DNA from: an uncultured Elusimicrobia bacterium
GTDB taxonomy: Bacteria; Elusimicrobiota; Elusimicrobia; UBA1565; UBA9628
Direction: 5' to 3'
Length of the DNA stretch: 64,000 bases
Assembly: GCA_964537395.1 (NCBI GenBank)
Contig: CAZIBN010000012.1
Location: forward strand, 633-64,632
Made by a program: the position numbers and the translations under genes. The stretch's first letter is position 1. Every line of letters starts with the position of its first letter. This document shows positions 58,708 to 64,000 of this stretch, piece after piece. The notes beneath the pieces are model-generated. The model worked only from the letters and a program-made list of their open reading frames with translations. It ran no database searches and was not told the DNA's origin.

Positions 58708-61610
58708 GGGAACAGCGTGTCGAGGGGCCTCTCCTCTAGCCCGCCGAGCGCCTTGAGCTGATCGAGGCCTACGCGGTCGCGATGGCCGAGTATCCAGACC
58801 GTCAGCGGATTCTTTTTGAAGCGCGCGGCGAATGACTGGAGCTCCGGCAGGGTGTACTTCAGCGAGCGCGCGAAGCGCTTCGGCCCCGGGTCGCCGCCCG
58901 TGAGCCCTTGGTCCTCCCAGCCGATCACGGTGGCGGGGATGGAGCGGAAGGAGACCGGGCTCGTGCGGTAGGACTCCTCGATCGATTGAGAGGTCTCCCG
59001 GAAGCGTTTGTCCGAGCCCGGGAAATCCTTGAACAGGCTTTCCATGAGCTTGACGGCCTCCGGCGTCTTGTCGGCCTGGCAGCCGAGGCGGCCCCAGAAC
59101 TGGGTGTCGTCTCCCTTTACGGCGACCCCGGAGTGGCCGCCGGATGCGGCATAGGCCAAGGCGCGGGACTCCCGCACCTCCTGGATGATCACCGAGCTCA
59201 TGTCTCCGCCCATGTACTGGGAGTAGAAATCGTAATCGACGACAAGCTCGGGGTCGAAGGTCCCGTCCGCGGAGAACAGGCCGACCTGGGCCTGGACCAT
59301 GTCGCGGTGGGTGAACAGGACGCGCGGCGAAGCCGGCCGCTGGAGCTTGTACGGCACTCGCGGCGGGACCGGGCTGAGGCGGCTGCCCGTGCCGATCAGC
59401 TTGCCGATCTCGCTGGGTGCGCGGTTTCCCACATACGCGACGCGCGCGGGGTGCAGCATGAAATCCCGGATCAGCGACTTCAGGCGCGATTCGCTCAGGG
59501 ACTTGAACTCGGCGTTGGTGAGGCGCTTGAGCACGCTGTTGTCGCGGCCCCGGGTGGCGAACTGGCCGAGGGCGTAGTGCACCGAGCCGGGGTCCTTTTT
59601 CTCATCCTCGCGCGCGCCGAGCTCGACCTCGATCATCTTCTGCAAGGTCCCGGGCTCGATGACGGTGTAGGCGAAGCGCTGGCTCATCAGCTCGAGCGAG
59701 GCCCAGAGGTTGCGGTCGAGGCCGGTGATGTGGACCGACGTGTCCTGCTCGCTGCAGGAATAGGACAGCGTCGTGCCGAGGGCGAACAGCTTCTTCTTGA
59801 ACTCGTCGGCGGACAAGGGGCCGGCGCCGGCCAAAGTGAGCAGGTCGATGGCCGCGCACAGCTCTCGCTCGGTACGCGAGCCGCGCTCATAGTAGAACGA
59901 GAGCGTGAACAGGTCGTTGTACGGGTTCTTCGCCGTGTACAGGCGTCCGCCTTCGATGGGCGTGATCTGGTAGTCGCGTCCGGAGACGAGCCAGCGCGGA
60001 TCGAGAGGAGTGGCCGGTATCGCGAGGATCTCCTTCATGAACGCCGATTCGCGGGAAGGGTCGATCTCGACCTTCGTGAAGGCGGGCTTGGCGATCTTGG
60101 GGACCTCGAACTTGGCGTCGCGGCGGTAGACGGCGATGCGGTCCGGGCCCAGGTACTTGTTGGCGACGCGAACGACGTCGTCCTTGGTGATCTTCCGGAT
60201 GCGGTCGAGGTGGCCGATCGTGCGCTCCCACGGCTCGATGGCGATGAACGAGCTCGACATCAGGCCGGCCCGCGACTCGTTCGACTCCGGACGGGCCTTT
60301 TCGCTGAGCTCGAAATTGGTGATGACGGCGGCGACGTCGTCCTCGCTGAAGTCCCCGGCCTTGAGGGCGTCGATCGACTCGAGCAGGAGGGCCTGGGCTT
60401 CCTCGGGCGTCTGGCCCTTCTTGGGGAGGGCCCAGGCTTTCCAGGAGCCGGCGTCGTTGCGCATGGACGGGTACGAGCCCGAGGCCTTCACCTTTTGCGC
60501 CTGATTGAGGCGCAGGTTGAAAAGGCCCGCGGCCGCGTTGTCGACGACCATGTCCATGACCTCGAGGGCGTCGGCGTCGGGGTGCGAGTGCGGCACGGTC
60601 AGCCACGCGAGCGAGACCTTCTGCTCGGCCTCATACCTGACCTCGTACTTCTCTTCGCCCTTGGGCTTGGGGAGCTCCCACTTCGGAAGGACGGGCAGCG
60701 GGCGCGGGGTCCAGGCGCCGAAGTTTTTCTTGATGAGCTCGAGCATCTTCGCCCGGTCGAAGTCGCCGGCCAGCGCGATCGCCATGTTGTTCGGCGCGTA
60801 CCAGCGGTCGTAGAACGCGTACATCTTGGCGAGCGACGGGTTCTTCAGGTGCTCGATGCTTCCGAGCGTCGGCTGCTGGCCGTACGGATGACGCTTGTAG
60901 AGGCGGTTCTCGATCTCGTCGGCGACGATGCTCTCGGCGTTGTCGAGCGAGCGGTTCTTCTCTTCATAGACCGTCTCGATCTCGGTCTGGAACAGGCGGA
61001 AGACGGGCTTCTTGAAGCGCTCGGACTCCATCCGGGCCCAGGCCTCGAGGCGGTTGGAGGGGATGCTCACGACATACACGGTCTGCTCGTCGGACGTGAA
61101 CGCGTTGAGGCCCTCGGCCCCGATGTTCTTGTAGAAGCGGTCGAACTCGTTGGGCACCGCCTGAGAGGACGCCGCGATGTTCGCGGCGTCGATCGCCTTG
61201 TAGATCTTGGCGCGACCGGCCTCGTCGGTGGTCTTGAAGAGGTCTTCGTAGAGGGCGCGGATGAGCTCGAGGTGCGGGCTCTCCTTTTCGTAGTCGAGCG
61301 TCCCGAGGCGCGAGGTGCCTTTGAACAGCATGTGCTCGAGATAATGGGCCATGCCGGTGCTGTCGGCGGGATCGTTCTTGGAGCCGGCGCGCACGGCGAT
61401 GCGGATCGAGACTCGGGGCTCGATCTTGCTCGGGCTCAGATAGACGGTCAGGCCGTTGGCCAGCCGGTGGATCGAAACCCCCAGCGCGTCGTCGGGGCGG
61501 GGCGTCTCCTGCACCGCGGGCACGGCCGGCGCCAGGGAGGAGGCCTTCGGTTTTGCCGCGGCCGGAACGGCGAGTGCGACGGCGAGTATCCACGGCGTGA
61601 GGGTCTTCAT
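58701..61610 (-). CDS. Exported M16 (insulinase-family, PqqL-like) zinc protease
   Basis: Signal peptide, GSKNDP, HYLEHMLFKGT (HxxEH), LNAFTS.E.T.Y. Confidence 0.93.
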   Translation of the reverse strand: MKTLTPWILAVALAVPAAAKPKASSLAPAVPAVQETPRPDDALGVSIHRLANGLTVYLSPSKIEPRVSIRIAVRAGSKNDPADSTGMAHYLEHMLFKGTSRLGTLDYEKESPHLELIRALYEDLFKTTDEAGRAKIYKAIDAANIAASSQAVPNEFDRFYKNIGAEGLNAFTSDEQTVYVVSIPSNRLEAWARMESERFKKPVFRLFQTEIETVYEEKNRSLDNAESIVADEIENRLYKRHPYGQQPTLGSIEHLKNPSLAKMYAFYDRWYAPNNMAIALAGDFDRAKMLELIKKNFGAWTPRPLPVLPKWELPKPKGEEKYEVRYEAEQKVSLAWLTVPHSHPDADALEVMDMVVDNAAAGLFNLRLNQAQKVKASGSYPSMRNDAGSWKAWALPKKGQTPEEAQALLLESIDALKAGDFSEDDVAAVITNFELSEKARPESNESRAGLMSSSFIAIEPWERTIGHLDRIRKITKDDVVRVANKYLGPDRIAVYRRDAKFEVPKIAKPAFTKVEIDPSRESAFMKEILAIPATPLDPRWLVSGRDYQITPIEGGRLYTAKNPYNDLFTLSFYYERGSRTERELCAAIDLLTLAGAGPLSADEFKKKLFALGTTLSYSCSEQDTSVHITGLDRNLWASLELMSQRFAYTVIEPGTLQKMIEVELGAREDEKKDPGSVHYALGQFATRGRDNSVLKRLTNAEFKSLSESRLKSLIRDFMLHPARVAYVGNRAPSEIGKLIGTGSRLSPVPPRVPYKLQRPASPRVLFTHRDMVQAQVGLFSADGTFDPELVVDYDFYSQYMGGDMSSVIIQEVRESRALAYAASGGHSGVAVKGDDTQFWGRLGCQADKTPEAVKLMESLFKDFPGSDKRFRETSQSIEESYRTSPVSFRSIPATVIGWEDQGLTGGDPGPKRFARSLKYTLPELQSFAARFKKNPLTVWILGHRDRVGLDQLKALGGLEERPLDTLFPY

Positions 61611-62854
61611 TGCTTCTCCTTAGGCGAATCTTCCGGCGAATCCGCTGAGGCTGGCACAATCGCCTTCGGCGAGTCCGGGGCCGCCTTGGGCGCGGGCTTG
61701 GGCTTCTTCGGCGGTTTCGGCTGATCGGGTGGCAGCTTGATGACCGGCCCGGCCTGGATGGCCGACCACGAGTAATTGTTCTGCGCGTTCCAGAGGATCC
61801 AGCCGCGGACGCCGAGCTCTTCGGCGGCGAGGATCTGCGTGCGCACGTGGGCGGGCGTGTAGCGCACGCCCATCGAGAAGTCCTGCAGGTAGGGGCGAAG
61901 CGCTTCGGGCCGGGGGCCGAGGCGTTCGAGGGCGTCCTTGATGCCGCGGCGGATCGTCTCGTACGGCGCGCTGTTGGGGTGCTTGAGGCCGTACTCGCCG
62001 CGGGCGTAGTGCGACGGGTACATCATCGGCGAGATGTAATCGACGAGGTCCGCCATCTGCTCCATGCTCTGCCCGATGCCCATGCCGTCGCCGACGCTCG
62101 TCGTGAGGCCGAAGGTGTCGATCGAGAGCTTGACGCCGAGGGGCTTGAGGCGCGCGCCGGCGAGCGTCAGCAGATCTCGCAGGGCCGCGGACGCCGTCGC
62201 GGGAGAGTGGTCCGCGCGGGAGTAGCGGCACTGCCGGGTCTTGCCGTCGGAGGGGAAGCGGATGTAGTCGAACTGGATCTCGTCGAAGCCCGCGGCCGCG
62301 GCGCGCGAGGCGATGTCGATCGCGTAGGTCCAAATTTCTTTCTTATACGGATCCACCCAGGCCGTGCCCTTGTCGTTGGTCCAGATGCGCCCGTCCGGGA
62401 AATGGACGGCCAGGTCGGGCCGGGCGCGGGCGAGGTGATCGTCCTTGAAGATCGCGATGCGCGCGACGGTGTAGATGCCGGCGTCCTTGAAGTCCTTCAC
62501 GGCGAGCGCCAGATCGGGGATCGCGTTGGTGAACGCGCCCGTCTTCATGGCGAGAGGCACGTCGCGCACGAACACGTGCCCGTCGTAGTCCTTGAGCGCG
62601 ATGACGACGGCGTTGAAGCCGCCGCCCTTCATCTCGGCCACGAAGCGGCGGCGGGCCTTGGTCGAGCCGGTCGCCCAGCCCGTGAAATGCACGCCGCGGA
62701 AGGTCGCGACCGAGGCATGAGCCGAGGCCGCTTGACCAACGGATTTTGGAAGCGGCATTTCCTCGCTTATGGCTCGGTCAGAAGTGTCGACGGGGGCCTG
62801 GGCGAAAACGGGAGGCGCGCAAAGCGCCAGCAGTAGAGCGAGGGTATTCAGCAT
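61607..62854 (-). CDS. Exported putative glycoside hydrolase (DUF4015-type TIM barrel)
   Basis: Signal peptide, NAVVIALKD..G, WVDPY, GFDEIQFDYIRFP, PMMYPSHY, RPYLQDF. Confidence 0.8.
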   Translation of the reverse strand: MLNTLALLLALCAPPVFAQAPVDTSDRAISEEMPLPKSVGQAASAHASVATFRGVHFTGWATGSTKARRRFVAEMKGGGFNAVVIALKDYDGHVFVRDVPLAMKTGAFTNAIPDLALAVKDFKDAGIYTVARIAIFKDDHLARARPDLAVHFPDGRIWTNDKGTAWVDPYKKEIWTYAIDIASRAAAAGFDEIQFDYIRFPSDGKTRQCRYSRADHSPATASAALRDLLTLAGARLKPLGVKLSIDTFGLTTSVGDGMGIGQSMEQMADLVDYISPMMYPSHYARGEYGLKHPNSAPYETIRRGIKDALERLGPRPEALRPYLQDFSMGVRYTPAHVRTQILAAEELGVRGWILWNAQNNYSWSAIQAGPVIKLPPDQPKPPKKPKPAPKAAPDSPKAIVPASADSPEDSPKEKQ

Positions 62855-62886
62855 CGGGAGAAACTACCAAATCCCGTACGGGGCCG

Positions 62887-63753
62887 TCAGCGTCGACGGG
62901 CGTCCGCCCAGAAGCTTGGGACGGCGATCAGGTCCAGCCGTACCTTTGAGCTTGAGCGCTTCCAGGCGACCTGCGCCGGGCTGAGATCGCCGTCGGAGAT
63001 CTGATCGAAGGCGGCGTGCCTTTCATCGGCGTCGCGCTCGCGGTAGGGCGGATCGATATCGAGGATCTGTCCGGGCCGGCGGTCACGGGCCTCCATGCTC
63101 ACGGTCCATCCGTCACCCTTGGGGAGATCGATCTCATAGGCGCCCGCGTCGTCCGTGGTCGCTGTCTGCGGCTCCTTCTCGTCGCGCAGGAACGTGATAT
63201 CCGCGCCCTGCACGGGCCGGAGCGTCGCCAGGTCGTAAACCATTCCCGACACCCGCCACGAGTCTTTCGCGAGGGGCTTCGGTCCGGCGGGCTTCACGGG
63301 CGGAGCTGGGGTGGGCGCCGCGGCCGGCGCCTGCTCTGGTTGATTATCGGAGCCGAACAGCTGTGAGCCCAATGCGGCTTCAGGAGCGACCGGGGCCCCC
63401 GGGGCGGCAGGGGCAGTGGGAGCGGCGGGCACCGCCACGGTCTTCGATGCGTAATTCGAGGGATCGCGCATGCCGTCGGCCCAGCGGCTGACCTTGCCGA
63501 GCGCCGAGCTGGCCGTGGCTGTTATCTTATCCCCATAGACCATGAAGAGCTTGCCGCCCGCGCCTAAAATGAGGACGGCGGCCAGGATCTGGAAGGGCAG
63601 GCGCTTCTTGCGCGCCTTCTGCTCGCGCAGCTTGGCATAGCCGCGCATGATCTCCTGCCTGGTGCGCGTGCGCATGCAGATCTGGCAGCCTGTCGCCTCG
63701 GGGGGAAGGGGCGAATGGCAGCCGGGGCAAGGCAAGCTTTCGTTTTCGGTCAT
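62887..63753 (-). CDS. Zn-ribbon + TM + carboxypeptidase-regulatory-like domain protein
   Basis: CPGC..CQIC, one TM, P/A linker, W.VSG.VYDL.TL.PV.GA.I ... TD..GAY. ATG 63753. Confidence 0.7.
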   Translation of the reverse strand: MTENESLPCPGCHSPLPPEATGCQICMRTRTRQEIMRGYAKLREQKARKKRLPFQILAAVLILGAGGKLFMVYGDKITATASSALGKVSRWADGMRDPSNYASKTVAVPAAPTAPAAPGAPVAPEAALGSQLFGSDNQPEQAPAAAPTPAPPVKPAGPKPLAKDSWRVSGMVYDLATLRPVQGADITFLRDEKEPQTATTDDAGAYEIDLPKGDGWTVSMEARDRRPGQILDIDPPYRERDADERHAAFDQISDGDLSPAQVAWKRSSSKVRLDLIAVPSFWADARRR

Positions 63754-63754
63754 A

Positions 63755-64000
63755 TTATTTCTTCGCCTGCGGAACCAAGACGAGATCGAGCTTGACGATC
63801 TGCGCGCTGCTCGGGTAGCGCAGCGGCACGGCTTCAAGATCGTTGTCGGTGGTTTCCGCGATGAGATCGGTCCGTGACTGGAGCGAGCGCTCGCGATAGG
63901 GGGGGGCCTGGTCCTCGAGCAGGCCTTTGCGGTAGCCCGGGGCTTCGATCATGACGGTGACGAGATCGGAGATGTTTTTGCTTATGCCCAATTGGTAACG
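63755..64000 (-). CDS. 3' end of a paralogue of the downstream gene (runs off the right edge)
   Basis: Open frame to the window edge; shares PPYRER, D.DL and V.LDL..VP with the C-terminus of 62887-63753. Confidence 0.7.
   Translation of the reverse strand, partial: RYQLGISKNISDLVTVMIEAPGYRKGLLEDQAPPYRERSLQSRTDLIAETTDNDLEAVPLRYPSSAQIVKLDLVLVPQAKK

Overview
High-GC bacterial chromosomal window. The gene style and giant secreted protein are compatible with an Elusimicrobiota-like lineage, but that is inference only. Nt 1-1440 carry a partial RuBisCO-like (form IV) gene missed by the ORF track and a TSUP permease. Nt 1598-18448 encode a 5616-aa protein with a signal peptide, a long putative exported region, a hydrophobic hairpin and a 12-unit pentapeptide repeat. 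Its C-terminal part holds a papain/C39-like peptidase followed by a string of enzyme modules: toxin-like domain, three kinase-like domains, HD, degenerate Fic, FHA, two GGDEF domains and an EndoU-like nuclease. Six exact G-V-G motifs fall at module junctions, and a small acidic immunity-like gene follows. This is the main candidate for a new system: a MARTX-like, possibly self-processing multi-effector polyprotein. The rest is mostly housekeeping: ddl, a two-component pair, hpt-ftsH-folP-glmM-pdxJ-glmS-acpS, hrpB, nnrD-tsaE-tsaB-rimI-TPR-ispE-spoVG-tRNA-Gln-glmU-prs-rplY-pth, pmbA, ABC transporter, def, proBA, M16 peptidase. Several intergenic elements are unexplained: two covarying three-way-junction repeats at 24.0-24.4 kb, a duplicated ~70-nt element, REP-like hairpins around a PilZ gene, and DnaA-box pairs around proB. 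Many genes look leaderless. All domain calls come from motif reading, and domain boundaries are approximate.
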